Positions 27,401 through 37,242 of a stretch of DNA of 64,000 nt are shown here, piece after piece (the first letter of the stretch is position 1; every line of letters begins with the position of its first letter). This DNA is from a virus (lineage: Duplodnaviria; Caudoviricetes). The notes under the pieces are model-generated. The model was not told the DNA's origin. It saw only the letters and a program-made list of their open reading frames with translations, and did not search any database. The translations under genes and the position numbers were made by a program. The stretch spans positions 1 through 64,000 of IMG/VR virus record IMGVR_UViG_3300020045_003390. One strand, 5' to 3'.

Positions 27401-28091
27401 TGCACAAGGTAAGTGGTCCACCGGTGCATCTGAATCTCTTTCTAACTATCTATCAGAAATCCAAAACGTTGCTAAATCCACCGAGAACCTTTTCACCAAA
27501 GCGTTCAAAGGTATGGAAGACGCAATAGTGGAGTTTGTTAAGACTGGCAAGTTAGATTTCTCTAGCTTAGTTGATAGTATGATTGCTGACCTGATCCGTA
27601 TTCAAGTCCAAAAGAACGTAATGCCAATGTTGTCTAGTGGATTTGATTCAGCGGTTTCTTGGGCTGCGAGCCTATTCAGTGCTAACGGTAATGCCTTCGA
27701 TGGCTCTGGACAAGTTCAGAAATTCAAAAATGGTGGTACTTTTACTAACCAGATTGTTGATCAACCTACACCATTTAAGTTTGCCAAAGGTACTGGCATT
27801 ATGGGTGAAGCAGGTCCAGAAGCAATCATGCCTTTGAGCCGTGGATCAGACGGTAAACTAGGTGTGCAATCTTCCGGTGGCGGCGGTAATAATGTAATTG
27901 TAAACGTAGTTGAGTCCCCCGGTAGAGGTGGTCAACAAACCAGAACTAACGAAAATGGAACCGATATGATTACTGTATTTGTTGAACAAATTAAAACTTC
28001 TTTAGCCACGGATATCCGTAAAGGCTCTGGAGCCGTGCCTGATGCTATGAGTCAAACATACGGCCTTAACCGCGTAGCAGGAGCTTATTAA
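24447..28091 (+). CDS. tape measure protein
   Basis: 1214-aa Ala-rich helical protein; QFTDIGVSL..GQNP..VLLQQ and MGEAGPEAIMPL motifs. Confidence 0.92.
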   Translation: MALELSSLLFKTDTSELEKASQVIGTLVQNVAKLDKASKDVARTEATLAKAAKDSAKANLDNAKAVESTEKAQKIAAVAVAKSTTILERQKDILDFQTQGFSKGQSSILAYGKAAGLAASDINELGKVLETQRKLIGNDPFDKSLSGIKSLQNQYTELKESIRQYATDSNLSAKQTRELARDKERLIEKMKVEGASFSEIRTAVRGHNDEYVKLATSYNKTISAEDAVIKGRKDAVNATNYLTQADQRMSAALSTSNMALDKSGTDSLVRYESALRKSGLAQDIVTQKLSTYKVQLAQVQAQEAKRSEQHLARALPAQFTDIGVSLYSGQNPLTVLLQQSGQILDIFQLSGVAADKFAESTKRAFYSMVPAMATVAKGLAGLVTGLFIDAGSAVTRFVGNVTGISAAMDIAKRAIVSGGEENFKYVASLEKISKAAAATAAGGIAALILVITLLALEYKKIIQAESDLSKALATSGGALGLTRDQAVAAAEGMSSLGVGTLKAMSAFTEIAKAGNIGKSSLELVTKAAVDLEKTAGVSIEETAKQYAKLQEEPAKALIEIAQKTGLVDKETLAYVASLEHQGDKTEAARIATLALASAHAQVASEIISNWAPVEVLWNDIKSAINGVKQEIYDLATSNAAVGAMRTIWETISVVISEVWFTIKGVGKEIGGIGAQIAAVMRGDFSGAASIGEQMKVDAESAAQAQKKFVASILDRSAVEQKSFNQSKEQNSQYAKWLKENDQALDKSISKEDKYKAKQLEVQKAVLSGTVSQAEADKALSGWKKIIYGDSKPKKDPSENYFATLMREATNNTIKADTATQGLTKSELKLLEVQSDSRFEKLTADQKSQVAAKYNNAAATEKLAEAEKQRSKIEDDALASALKIIEKNDEIALSYENAREAAIEYLDTLRLQSSRTNEGVGKGTEYRADQSGLNSIEDKFNTKKASLAKSSGTKGEYWYNQELELAKNTYEQEVEIYKKSVDDKLAAQGKWSTGASESLSNYLSEIQNVAKSTENLFTKAFKGMEDAIVEFVKTGKLDFSSLVDSMIADLIRIQVQKNVMPMLSSGFDSAVSWAASLFSANGNAFDGSGQVQKFKNGGTFTNQIVDQPTPFKFAKGTGIMGEAGPEAIMPLSRGSDGKLGVQSSGGGGNNVIVNVVESPGRGGQQTRTNENGTDMITVFVEQIKTSLATDIRKGSGAVPDAMSQTYGLNRVAGAY

Positions 28092-28450
28092 TGGCAACTT
28101 ATCCTAGTACTTTACCATACCCGGAAACTGATTACACACTTGAGCCTGTTGATACAATTGTGCGTACTGATATGGAAAGTGGAGCCACAAGATCAAGACG
28201 GAGAACAAAAGCCCGGAATGATCATGTAAATGTTTCTTGGAATCTATCAGATGCCCAGCTAAAAACATTCAGAGATTGGTACGACGATGACACCACTGGT
28301 ATTAATGGTGGTGCTTCGTGGTTTACTATTGACTTGCTTATTGGTAATACAGGCTTTGATACTGTAACTGCAAAGTTTGCAAGTATCTATACAGTAAAAT
28401 ACACTCAAGTCATGCGGTGGGTAGTCTCTGCTAAATTGGAAATTAGATAA
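28091..28450 (+). CDS. distal tail protein
   Basis: follows TMP; VRTDMESG..R.RRR motif. Confidence 0.7.
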   Translation: MATYPSTLPYPETDYTLEPVDTIVRTDMESGATRSRRRTKARNDHVNVSWNLSDAQLKTFRDWYDDDTTGINGGASWFTIDLLIGNTGFDTVTAKFASIYTVKYTQVMRWVVSAKLEIR

Positions 28451-28974
28451 TGCCAGATACTACTTTATCACAAGCACTCAAAGAAGCATATGCAAGTGCT
28501 CCAGCAAATATAGTCATCTATCATACACTGGAACTGAATCATCCTGCGTTTACTACTCCAATCAGGGTGGTTCGAGATTATGTGGACTTAATAGCTACGC
28601 TTGAACCAACAGCCCCAATAAATCCAAGTGAAGTTGTGACATTTATTGGCTTTAGTTTTGACTTTACTAAACCTGAAGTCTCATCTACTGGTGTTCCGCA
28701 GATTACCATTACAATGGATAATGTAGATAGGAGTATTGTTGCGAACATTGAAGCTGCGTTAGGTAGTACAGAGATGGTTACGGTTATTTATAGGGAGTTT
28801 ATCAGCACTGATTTGAGTTCTCCCCAGAATGACCCACCTTTGCAATTAACTATAACTAATATTGTTGCAGATGTATTTAAGGTTACAGCTACTGCTGGCT
28901 TTCCTAATCTACAAAATAAGCGATTCCCAACTACGGAATATAGCCCTGAAGTCTTTGTAGGGTTGACAACTTAA
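28450..28974 (+). CDS. minor tail protein (DUF1833/gpL-like)
   Basis: EAYASAP..IVIYHTLELNHPAF motif. Confidence 0.75.
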   Translation: MPDTTLSQALKEAYASAPANIVIYHTLELNHPAFTTPIRVVRDYVDLIATLEPTAPINPSEVVTFIGFSFDFTKPEVSSTGVPQITITMDNVDRSIVANIEAALGSTEMVTVIYREFISTDLSSPQNDPPLQLTITNIVADVFKVTATAGFPNLQNKRFPTTEYSPEVFVGLTT

Positions 28975-28992
28975 ATAAGGAGAGATCACGCC

Positions 28993-29379
28993 ATGAGTTT
29001 TGCAAAATATATCGGTATACCTTGGGTAGAAGGTGCACAAGGACCAGATGCTTTTGACTGCATGGCATTCTTCCGGCATGTTCAAAAAGAACAATTTAAT
29101 ATTGATGTTCCAAGTATTATTGCCCCGGACTACGATGATGCAAATGCGATTGCGGATTTATTTAGTACTCACCCCGAGCGTCAAAAATGGCCAAAGATTA
29201 CTAAACCTATTCATGGTTGTGCTGTGATAATCCACAGGCCACTGCATGTTGGTACTTGGCTAGATATTGATGGTGGGGGTGTGTTGCATTGCGCACGTGG
29301 TTGCGGTGTGATCTTTACTTCTGATAGTGCATGGGCTTTAAGTGGGTTCGGACGCAAAGAATATTTTAGGCATATGTAA
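28993..29379 (+). CDS. NlpC/P60 tail-associated peptidase (gpK-like)
   Basis: YIGIPW..GAQGPDAFDC (catalytic Cys), HVG, VLHC. Confidence 0.85.
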   Translation: MSFAKYIGIPWVEGAQGPDAFDCMAFFRHVQKEQFNIDVPSIIAPDYDDANAIADLFSTHPERQKWPKITKPIHGCAVIIHRPLHVGTWLDIDGGGVLHCARGCGVIFTSDSAWALSGFGRKEYFRHM

Positions 29380-29392
29380 TGAGTACAAAAAT

Positions 29393-32300
29393 ATGAGTTC
29401 AGTAATTTATCTTGAAAATGGACTATGCCCACAAAACCGAAGAGTAGAGCAACTTACTGGAAGTATCCAAGAACTCTCCCCTGATTGGCAAACACCTTAT
29501 GTTGCGTTTGTTGATGGAAAACCTATACTTCGTGCAGACTGGAATTTAATTCCTAATGACGACCAGTCTTTAGTCTTTATTGATGCGGACGCAATACCTC
29601 AAGGTGGGGGAGGTGGTGGGTCAAACCCATTGCGTACAATTCTGATGATAGTTGTAATGATTTATGCCCCAGCGATTGCCGCCCAGATGTCCTATGCCAT
29701 GGGCGGGGGTATGGTCTTAGGGTCGGTCGGTGGACTTGCTGCTATGCAGGCTGGTGTGATGTTTGCAGGTATGGCTTTAGTCAATGCTATTGCGCCAGCA
29801 CCAAAGCCCACAAGCCCTCAACAAGCGGCGGCACTGGCGGCGGCTAGCCCCACATATAGCTTGCAAGCACAAGGTAATACTGCTCGTTTAGATGCTGCGA
29901 TTCCTGAGCATTTCGGACGGCATATAGTATACCCGGACTTTGCCGCAACCCCCTATACGGAGTATGCAGGTAATGAACAATACCTTTATCAACTCCTTTG
30001 TGTAGGCAGGGGTAGCTACGATCTTGAACCTTTAAAGATTGAAGACACCCCAATTTCAAGTTTTGATGAAATCACCACTGAAGTTATTCAGCCGTACGGC
30101 CAAGTCACCTTATTCCCTGCTAGCGTCACTACAAGTATAGAGGTTGCGGGGCAGAGTCTCTCTACTGCCTTTACTGGACCATTTATCGCAAATGCCTCTG
30201 GAACTGAAACAAACAGACTGTCATTTGATTTTGTAGCGAGTAGGGGACTTTATTATGCTAACGACAATGGTTCATTGTCGGCAGTCAGTGTGGATTTTCA
30301 AATAGAGGTTGCCTCCGTAGATGATTATGGTAACTTGATTAGTGGCTGGACAGCACTTACTATGTCATATACTAGCTGGTCAGACTGGACGTTTGTCTCG
30401 ACTCAACAAACATCAGTTAATCCATATACAGATACAGATACCCAACAGTGGCAAGTTAGCGACAAGCCATTAGGATCACTTGCTGGTCAACTAGCACAGC
30501 AAGGCTTATCAACTTGGGCACTTTATACAAGAACTAGATCAACTCATGTAGGGCTTATACAATCTGGAGCGACGACAACTGCACAACGCTGGAGCTGGAG
30601 TTTTGATATCCCTGTTGGTCGGTACACTACTCGTGTCAGGAGGCTTTCCACAGAAAGTACAGATACAAGATATTCTGATGGTATATCTTGGGTTGGCTTA
30701 CGTGCATATCACCCTGATCCGGTTGGTAAGAACTACGGCGACGTTACCTTAATCGCAGTTCGAATGAGAGCGACCGATAGCCTCAGCTCGCAGTCAAGCC
30801 GGAAACTAAATCTCATTGCAACACGAAAACTTCCTATTTGGAATGGTTCATCTTGGAGTGGATTGACTGCTACACGAAACCCAGCTTGGGCACTTGCATA
30901 CGCAGCTAAGCAAGTTGGGCAAAATGATTCAACCATTGACCTTTCTGGGCTATTAACACTCGCGAATGGGTGCACCGCTAGAGGTGATAATTTCGATGCC
31001 CGGTTTGATAGCTTTTTAAGTTTCTGGGAGGCAGCAACAAAAATATGCCAAGCAGTTAGAGCAAAACCCTTCATCCAGGGTAGTGTTTTAAGGGTTGTTC
31101 GTGACCAATCAAGTACTATTCCAGTTGCGATGTTTAGCCAAAGAAACATTGTAAAAGGCTCTTTTTCAGTTAACTATTTAATGCCAACTGAAGATACCGC
31201 TGATAGTGTTGACGTTTCTTACTTTGATGAGATTACTTGGAAGAGCGCCAAGGTACGCTCTACCCTTGCGGGTAGCACAGCAGACAAGCCAGCTAAAATT
31301 GATTTGTTTGGGGTGATTGATCGCACCAAGGCTTGGCAAGAGGGGTTATACCAAGCTGCTTGTAATAGGTATCGTCGTAAGATGATAACCTTTAAGACAG
31401 AGATGGAAGGTTTCATCCCTTCATTCTTAGACCTCGCTACAGTTCAGCATGATATGCCAGCTTGGGGGCAATCTGGTGAAGTTGTTGCTTGGAATTCTGG
31501 TACAAAAACCTTGACCCTAAGTGAACCTCCTGTTTTTACGACAGGTACTCATTATATCGCTTTACGTGATAGAGGTGGCGCTCCCAAAGGGCCGTATGCT
31601 TGTGTAGTAGGAAGTAGCCCTTACGAAGTTGTACTATCAGAATTACCTGCAATAACACCGTATGTAGGAATGGATGAAGAGCGTACTCATTTTGCATTTG
31701 GCCCTGGAATTGCTTGGAGTCAACCGATACGTGTACTTACAGCAAAGCCCACTGGTGTTAATCAAGTAGAGATAACTGCTGTAAACGAAGATGCAAGTGT
31801 ACACACTGCGGATGTCGGTGTAACAATGCCAAGGCAGATATTTTCGCAGTTAGCAACTTATCAAAATGCACCTACTGTTTTAGGTGTAACTGCATACCCT
31901 GCACCATTTGCACCAAATAAACTCCTCGTTCAATGGAGTCCTAGCCCGTGGGCAACGCACTATTATGTAGAACAAAGTCAAGATAGGGTTAACTGGACTA
32001 GAAGTGCTGATGTTGAGTCTAATAATGTAACATTTCAGAAGCTTTTTTCTGGTAGTGCTTACGTCCGTGTTGCTGCAGTTAACCTTACCCGAGGTCCATG
32101 GTTTGAAGTTCCTATAACACCATCCCCAGTACCTGAAGATGTTTCTGCATTAGCCATAGAAGATATTAATCTATCTTGGCCTGCGGTTAGTGATCAGGAT
32201 ATTGTAGGTTATAGAATTAAGTTTCATTATGGCACAAATCTAGAATGGGGGACAGCAAACCTTCTTTATGATGGTCTAGTGACATCATCCCCATACCTCA

Positions 32301-33142
32301 TGCAAGTTGTCCCCCCCGGACAAATAACGATTATGGTCCGGGCTGTTGATAGTGAAGGACAGGAGTCTAAAAATTCTGCATATGTTATCAAAGATATGGG
32401 CGACCCATTAGTTGAAAACGTTCTAGAGACTTATGACTACAAAGCGGCATCATGGCCGGGGGCTATTACAAACGGATCAATAATCAGCGGTAATCTAGTT
32501 GCAAGCCAAGGGGATATATTTTATCGCGTGGATGAATCTAATTTTTACAGAATAGATACCTCCATTTTTTACAGTGATACTTATAATTCTTTAATCTGGG
32601 AGAGTTCTGGTTGGACACCTAGTTCTGCAGCGGTTGGATACAACATGACAGTATCTTGGTCACTTAATGGTAACACCCAAAGTATCGAATATAGAAAAAC
32701 GTCCAATGACCCATTCTATAAACCTGATGCGGATGCATTTTATAATACCGATGATTCTTCTCGGTATTATACAGAGACTGCAATTTGGCAAGCGTGGCCT
32801 GGGGCTATAGTTGCAGAATTTGTAGAGTACCAATGGCGTGTGGAATCCGGTGCTGGTCCCGTCGAGGGCAGTCTATCAGATTTTACAGTGTCAGTAGATG
32901 TACCAGATAAATTGCTAAAACTAGATAATGTTTCTATATCCTCCAGTGGTACTAGACTTACAGGGGCTATAGGGCAATTTAATTCTATACAAAACATCCA
33001 ATTAACATTACAAGGAAGTACGACTGCAATGAAAGTTGAAGTTATTGACAAATCATTATCACTAGGCCCATTAGTTATAGCAAAAGATGCTTCTAACACT
33101 GGGGTTTCCGCAATTATCGACGCTTTAATTCAAGGATTTTAA
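29393..33142 (+). CDS. tail tip / host specificity protein (gpI+gpJ-like)
   Basis: about 1250 aa; IPEHFGRH..YPD, RNPAWALA, FN3-like C-terminal region. Confidence 0.85.
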   Translation: MSSVIYLENGLCPQNRRVEQLTGSIQELSPDWQTPYVAFVDGKPILRADWNLIPNDDQSLVFIDADAIPQGGGGGGSNPLRTILMIVVMIYAPAIAAQMSYAMGGGMVLGSVGGLAAMQAGVMFAGMALVNAIAPAPKPTSPQQAAALAAASPTYSLQAQGNTARLDAAIPEHFGRHIVYPDFAATPYTEYAGNEQYLYQLLCVGRGSYDLEPLKIEDTPISSFDEITTEVIQPYGQVTLFPASVTTSIEVAGQSLSTAFTGPFIANASGTETNRLSFDFVASRGLYYANDNGSLSAVSVDFQIEVASVDDYGNLISGWTALTMSYTSWSDWTFVSTQQTSVNPYTDTDTQQWQVSDKPLGSLAGQLAQQGLSTWALYTRTRSTHVGLIQSGATTTAQRWSWSFDIPVGRYTTRVRRLSTESTDTRYSDGISWVGLRAYHPDPVGKNYGDVTLIAVRMRATDSLSSQSSRKLNLIATRKLPIWNGSSWSGLTATRNPAWALAYAAKQVGQNDSTIDLSGLLTLANGCTARGDNFDARFDSFLSFWEAATKICQAVRAKPFIQGSVLRVVRDQSSTIPVAMFSQRNIVKGSFSVNYLMPTEDTADSVDVSYFDEITWKSAKVRSTLAGSTADKPAKIDLFGVIDRTKAWQEGLYQAACNRYRRKMITFKTEMEGFIPSFLDLATVQHDMPAWGQSGEVVAWNSGTKTLTLSEPPVFTTGTHYIALRDRGGAPKGPYACVVGSSPYEVVLSELPAITPYVGMDEERTHFAFGPGIAWSQPIRVLTAKPTGVNQVEITAVNEDASVHTADVGVTMPRQIFSQLATYQNAPTVLGVTAYPAPFAPNKLLVQWSPSPWATHYYVEQSQDRVNWTRSADVESNNVTFQKLFSGSAYVRVAAVNLTRGPWFEVPITPSPVPEDVSALAIEDINLSWPAVSDQDIVGYRIKFHYGTNLEWGTANLLYDGLVTSSPYLMQVVPPGQITIMVRAVDSEGQESKNSAYVIKDMGDPLVENVLETYDYKAASWPGAITNGSIISGNLVASQGDIFYRVDESNFYRIDTSIFYSDTYNSLIWESSGWTPSSAAVGYNMTVSWSLNGNTQSIEYRKTSNDPFYKPDADAFYNTDDSSRYYTETAIWQAWPGAIVAEFVEYQWRVESGAGPVEGSLSDFTVSVDVPDKLLKLDNVSISSSGTRLTGAIGQFNSIQNIQLTLQGSTTAMKVEVIDKSLSLGPLVIAKDASNTGVSAIIDALIQGF

Positions 33143-34093
33143 ATGGCACTCTTACCCGCACGAAATATTTTTGATGGTAGTTCTATACCTACAACTGGTA
33201 CAATGAAATCTGCAATGGGGAGTCTAAGAGACTTCCTTTCTGATTTGCTTGGAGCGGACAGTGGTAACCCAACTGCAGCCCGTGCTGCACTGGTAGCAGC
33301 TAAATCTGGTGCAAATGATGACATCACAAGCCTGGGTACAATTGCAAATATCAATGGAGGGCAACTTGCTGGAATGCGAAGTCGCATTATCAACGGTAAT
33401 TTTGCAATCAATCAACGGATGATGTCAGGTACTGTTACGCTGGCTGCTGGAGCATACGGACATGACCGTTGGAAAGCGGGTTCTTCCGGGTGTACATATA
33501 CTTTCTCCACAACTAGTGGGGTTACTACGCTGAATATTACGGCAGGTTCATTGATGCAAGTGATTGAAGGGGTAAATCTTGATAGTAACTCCTTCATTTT
33601 ATCTTGGGGGGGGACCTCAACAGGTCGTATTGATTCGGGCACCTTTGGTGTATCAGGTAGAGTTGGTACTGCTGTTGGTGGTACAAATCAGACAGTCGAA
33701 TTCAGCACCGGAACTCTTAGTCGTGTGCAGTATGAAGTGGGGACAGTATCCACAACATTTGAGCAACGACCTTACGGGCTTGAATTAAGTCTGTGCCAGA
33801 GATATTTTGAGCGTATGGGCTTTGGCTCAACCGCTGCACTATCATTACAGGGATATTCAACCAGTCCTATTATATCGTTGGCATCTTGGATTCCATTTAA
33901 AGTTGAAAAACGGGTAATCCCCACGATTGGGATATTTGGAGTATTTGTTGCTACTAATTGTGGACAGCCACAAATAGGGGGGATTACAGTTGATGGATTT
34001 AGCAGGTATGTAATCACATCCGGTGCGGCAGGGCAAACAACATCAGAGACAAATAATACATCATCGGGCATTACTGCCACATCTGAATTATAA
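33143..34093 (+). CDS. tail fibre protein
   Basis: RSRIINGNF.INQR and FEQRPYG.ELSLCQRYF motifs. Confidence 0.8.
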   Translation: MALLPARNIFDGSSIPTTGTMKSAMGSLRDFLSDLLGADSGNPTAARAALVAAKSGANDDITSLGTIANINGGQLAGMRSRIINGNFAINQRMMSGTVTLAAGAYGHDRWKAGSSGCTYTFSTTSGVTTLNITAGSLMQVIEGVNLDSNSFILSWGGTSTGRIDSGTFGVSGRVGTAVGGTNQTVEFSTGTLSRVQYEVGTVSTTFEQRPYGLELSLCQRYFERMGFGSTAALSLQGYSTSPIISLASWIPFKVEKRVIPTIGIFGVFVATNCGQPQIGGITVDGFSRYVITSGAAGQTTSETNNTSSGITATSEL

Positions 34094-34100
34094 GAATAAA

Positions 34101-34421
34101 ATGTATAAATTAACTAACTCAACATCAATTATACGTATTTTAGATTCTGCAATTATCCCACCCGATAAAGAAAATATTGATTATATTAACTATCTAAAAT
34201 GGAGATCTGAGGGTAACAAACCTCATCCATGTGATGATCAAGTTCCATATGCAGAAATTGCATATGAACAGATTATTCGTCTTGAACGCGAAAATATTTT
34301 ACCAAGAATCTTGCGTGAGGATTTGCTTAATAGGGCTACTGAACTGGATTTGTTAACCCCTGGATACCAAAAACTAAAAAAATTGGATGACACAATTAAA
34401 TTACTGAGGAATTCATTATGA
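34101..34421 (+). CDS. tail fibre assembly-associated protein
   Basis: IPPDKENIDY..YLKW..EGN.P motif. Confidence 0.6.
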   Translation: MYKLTNSTSIIRILDSAIIPPDKENIDYINYLKWRSEGNKPHPCDDQVPYAEIAYEQIIRLERENILPRILREDLLNRATELDLLTPGYQKLKKLDDTIKLLRNSL

Positions 34422-34942
34422 GCTTTTTATTGATAAAAAATACAGTAGGAGTAGTGATCGGTCATCTGGACTTTGATGCGGTGGTGTTGGCTGAAGGTTT
34501 CACAAAAGAAATTGTCGATACACCACCAGACGGAACGGTTGTAGTTCCACCAGCTACAGTCAGTAGACTGCTAGCCTATGCTCAAAACACTGCATTTACT
34601 CCACAGACCACTCAAACAATTGATGACTGCCTTGGGTTATCAATTACCATTAATGTACTTGAGGGGCAGGTTGTCAAACTATCCGCTTATCAACCCGCAA
34701 TGTCTTGCTTTGTGACAACTGATAGATCGGATTTTTCAATTTGGGAGGGTGACACCCAGATTCAATGTGCGCAGGGTGCATCAACTCCAGTTGGTGTTGC
34801 ATTAAGTCCCTCTATAGTTTTGATGCCCTCCCCCGGACAACATACATTCCGTGCTCGGTTTGCCAGTGCGACTGGTACAAATACAATGATTTGTAATGTA
34901 TCGTCGTCTATGCCTTCTTATATTATGGCAGAACTTTTATGA
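34418..34942 (+). CDS. hypothetical protein, possible receptor-binding beta domain
   Basis: 174-aa beta-rich ORF coupled by ATGA overlap. Confidence 0.5.
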   Translation: MSFLLIKNTVGVVIGHLDFDAVVLAEGFTKEIVDTPPDGTVVVPPATVSRLLAYAQNTAFTPQTTQTIDDCLGLSITINVLEGQVVKLSAYQPAMSCFVTTDRSDFSIWEGDTQIQCAQGASTPVGVALSPSIVLMPSPGQHTFRARFASATGTNTMICNVSSSMPSYIMAELL

Positions 34943-35667
34943 CTTACTTTTCATCATTATCAAAGAGCAATGTTTATGCTAATGAATTTGACGTAACTAT
35001 TCGTAATCTGAGTGGTCCAAAGAAACGTGGAGTTTTATATGTGCATGGCTCTGAGGGGGTTAATGGTGGTGCATTCGAATGGCTAAAGCATTCCGAAAGG
35101 ACAAAAATTATCACTGCACTAGTGATGGCTGGATTTACTGTTGTATCTGCGGATCTTGGAGGTAATTATACCTGGGGTAATGATACTTCTATGTCTCGCA
35201 TTACTGCAGCCAAAAATTATCTACACACTCTAGGGGTTCTTCCGGGAAAGATCGGTCTTATCGGATCATCTATGGGGGCGCTAAACGCACTCAACTGGGC
35301 TGCTGTAAACCCGTCCGATGTTGCTTGCGTTGTTGGAATGATCCCAGTTATTGACCTCACTGATGTACACGCAAATAATCGTGGAGGTTGTGCTGCATCA
35401 ATCAATACCGCCTATACAGGTGGATACTCCGAAGGTGCATTTGGTGCAGTTCATAACCCTTCCACTAATGCCGTTACAAAATTCTCTAGTTTTCCCATTC
35501 AACTCTGGTACGGCGTGTCTGATGTTATCGTTGCCCCGTCTACAGTTACTGCATTTAAGGATGCAGTAGGTGCCTCTTGCTCCACATATGCATTGGCGGG
35601 AGGACATGCCGAATCGACGTATGGTCTAATTGATATAAATAGTATCGTTTCTTTCATAGGCGCGTAA
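34939..35667 (+). CDS. alpha/beta hydrolase (esterase)
   Basis: YVHG, nucleophile elbow GSSMG, D in GVSDVIV, H in GGH. Confidence 0.82.
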   Translation: MTYFSSLSKSNVYANEFDVTIRNLSGPKKRGVLYVHGSEGVNGGAFEWLKHSERTKIITALVMAGFTVVSADLGGNYTWGNDTSMSRITAAKNYLHTLGVLPGKIGLIGSSMGALNALNWAAVNPSDVACVVGMIPVIDLTDVHANNRGGCAASINTAYTGGYSEGAFGAVHNPSTNAVTKFSSFPIQLWYGVSDVIVAPSTVTAFKDAVGASCSTYALAGGHAESTYGLIDINSIVSFIGA

Positions 35668-35722
35668 ATTAATAAAAGCCAAGAACTAAAATTGGCTTAT
35701 TATAAAATAATAATAAAAGTGT

Positions 35723-36094
35723 ATGGGAATTATGGAATATAAAAGAAAAGACGATAGTACAGTGCAAGTAATCGCTGAACGAATTGATAACCTCCACACT
35801 CACATTAGTGACCTACGGGATTCGATGAAGGACAGCATGAAAGAAATGGCCGCTGCTGTTAATAAACTAGTCAAAATTGAAGAGGGGCAAGTACACATGA
35901 TGCAAGCTCATATCCGATTGGTTGAATTGCAAGATAAACAAGTACAGCGATGCGATGAATTGGAGAAACGCTTGGATGCTCTAGAAGCAGATGTTCCGAT
36001 GAATCGGCAGATTCGTAACTGGGTGATCAGTGCTGTAACAGGCATTGTAGCACTAGTAGGAATGTTTGCAGCTAAGTTCATGGGTTTGATGTAG
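35723..36094 (+). CDS. holin-like / XhlA-like membrane protein
   Basis: coiled coil plus single C-terminal TM helix, directly before the endolysin. Confidence 0.55.
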   Translation: MGIMEYKRKDDSTVQVIAERIDNLHTHISDLRDSMKDSMKEMAAAVNKLVKIEEGQVHMMQAHIRLVELQDKQVQRCDELEKRLDALEADVPMNRQIRNWVISAVTGIVALVGMFAAKFMGLM

Positions 36095-36115
36095 CTATAG
36101 AAAAGAAATCAGCAT

Positions 36116-36655
36116 ATGTCTAAATTAAAATACTTTCCGCATATTGCTGGCTCCTTAGTCTTGGCAAGTGCAGCAAGTGTAGGTATTCTACACAAGTGGG
36201 AACCTGCTAAGGGTGCTCCTGATGCTCATCTATTTGTGTACGAAGATAAGATTGCCCACAATGTTTTGACTGTCTGTTCTGGGATAACCAATGCAGTCAG
36301 CAAGAAAAAACTTCTCAAGGGTGATAAGTGGACAGAGCAGGAGTGCACTGAAAATGAAGAGTACGCCTTGGAGAAACTTCAAACTAAACTTGCTTTGTGC
36401 TTTACTAGATTACCACCTCAAAGTATCTTCGATGCTGCTACATCACACGGATGGAACTTTGGTGTAGGAAAGACTTGTGGTTCTGTTGCTATGACGCAAT
36501 GGAATCTAGGAAATTATAGAATTGGTTGTCAACTACTTGCTTATCAGTACGATGGCAAGACTCCCGCTTGGAGCTACTCCGATGGGAAGTTTTACAAAGG
36601 CTTGCATAATCGTAGAATTGATGAAATGAATGTTTGCTTAAAGGATGTGAAATGA
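36116..36655 (+). CDS. endolysin, GH24 lysozyme with SAR domain
   Basis: weakly hydrophobic Gly/Ala N-terminus, catalytic E, YED..LTVCSGIT, WNFGVG, GLHNRR..E..C. Confidence 0.85.
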   Translation: MSKLKYFPHIAGSLVLASAASVGILHKWEPAKGAPDAHLFVYEDKIAHNVLTVCSGITNAVSKKKLLKGDKWTEQECTENEEYALEKLQTKLALCFTRLPPQSIFDAATSHGWNFGVGKTCGSVAMTQWNLGNYRIGCQLLAYQYDGKTPAWSYSDGKFYKGLHNRRIDEMNVCLKDVK

Positions 36656-37176
36656 TTAAAGACATGCTATCATTTTTTGTTGATTGGAAAGTCAAGTTAG
36701 CTATCGTCCTCTTTGTTCTAGCTGGACTATTCACTTATCACAAAGTGATTGTACATGAAGCTGTCACAGAAGCTATTTCAGATATTCAAACCCAGCAAGT
36801 AAAAGAAAACTTCAAGCTAAAAGAACGCTCTCTTAATACTCAGATTGCTCTGCAAGAATATTTCGATAAAATTCAAAAGGACAAGGATGAAAAACTTAAA
36901 TCTCTTAATTCTCGTGTTGCTTCTCTCACTCTCAGCCTGCAGCAACGTCCCTCTCGCGCAGAGCCAAGCGGAGTTTCCGACAATCCCGGAAATGAAGAAA
37001 CTAGACAAGGAAGTACTGGAGCTGAACTTTATAGAGAGGATTCAGAATTTTTACTCAGGGAAGCTACCAGAGCAGAACTGATTAAGGAAGAGTTGCTCAC
37101 CTGCTACAGAAGATATGACACAGCAAAAGAAACCTTAGACAAGTTCAAAGCAGATAATGCCTCTAGCAAGCCTTAA
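36652..37176 (+). CDS. rz: i-spanin (Rz-like)
   Basis: N-terminal TM then periplasmic coiled coil, follows endolysin. Confidence 0.78.
   Translation: MIKDMLSFFVDWKVKLAIVLFVLAGLFTYHKVIVHEAVTEAISDIQTQQVKENFKLKERSLNTQIALQEYFDKIQKDKDEKLKSLNSRVASLTLSLQQRPSRAEPSGVSDNPGNEETRQGSTGAELYREDSEFLLREATRAELIKEELLTCYRRYDTAKETLDKFKADNASSKP
36887..37081 (+). CDS. rz1: o-spanin lipoprotein (Rz1-like), embedded in Rz
   Basis: SD AAGG, MKNLNLLILVLLLSLSAC lipobox, +1 frame inside Rz. Confidence 0.82.
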   Translation: MKNLNLLILVLLLSLSACSNVPLAQSQAEFPTIPEMKKLDKEVLELNFIERIQNFYSGKLPEQN

Positions 37177-37242
37177 AACACCCCTAGAATCGTTTAGAAA
37201 TAAAAAGAAGTACAGTGGTATCAAAATCAGGGAAAGACGATT

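Noticed and set aside
35723-35734. Holin dual-start motif (Met1/Met4)
   Set aside because: Only Met4 has a plausible SD and no charged residue lies between the starts
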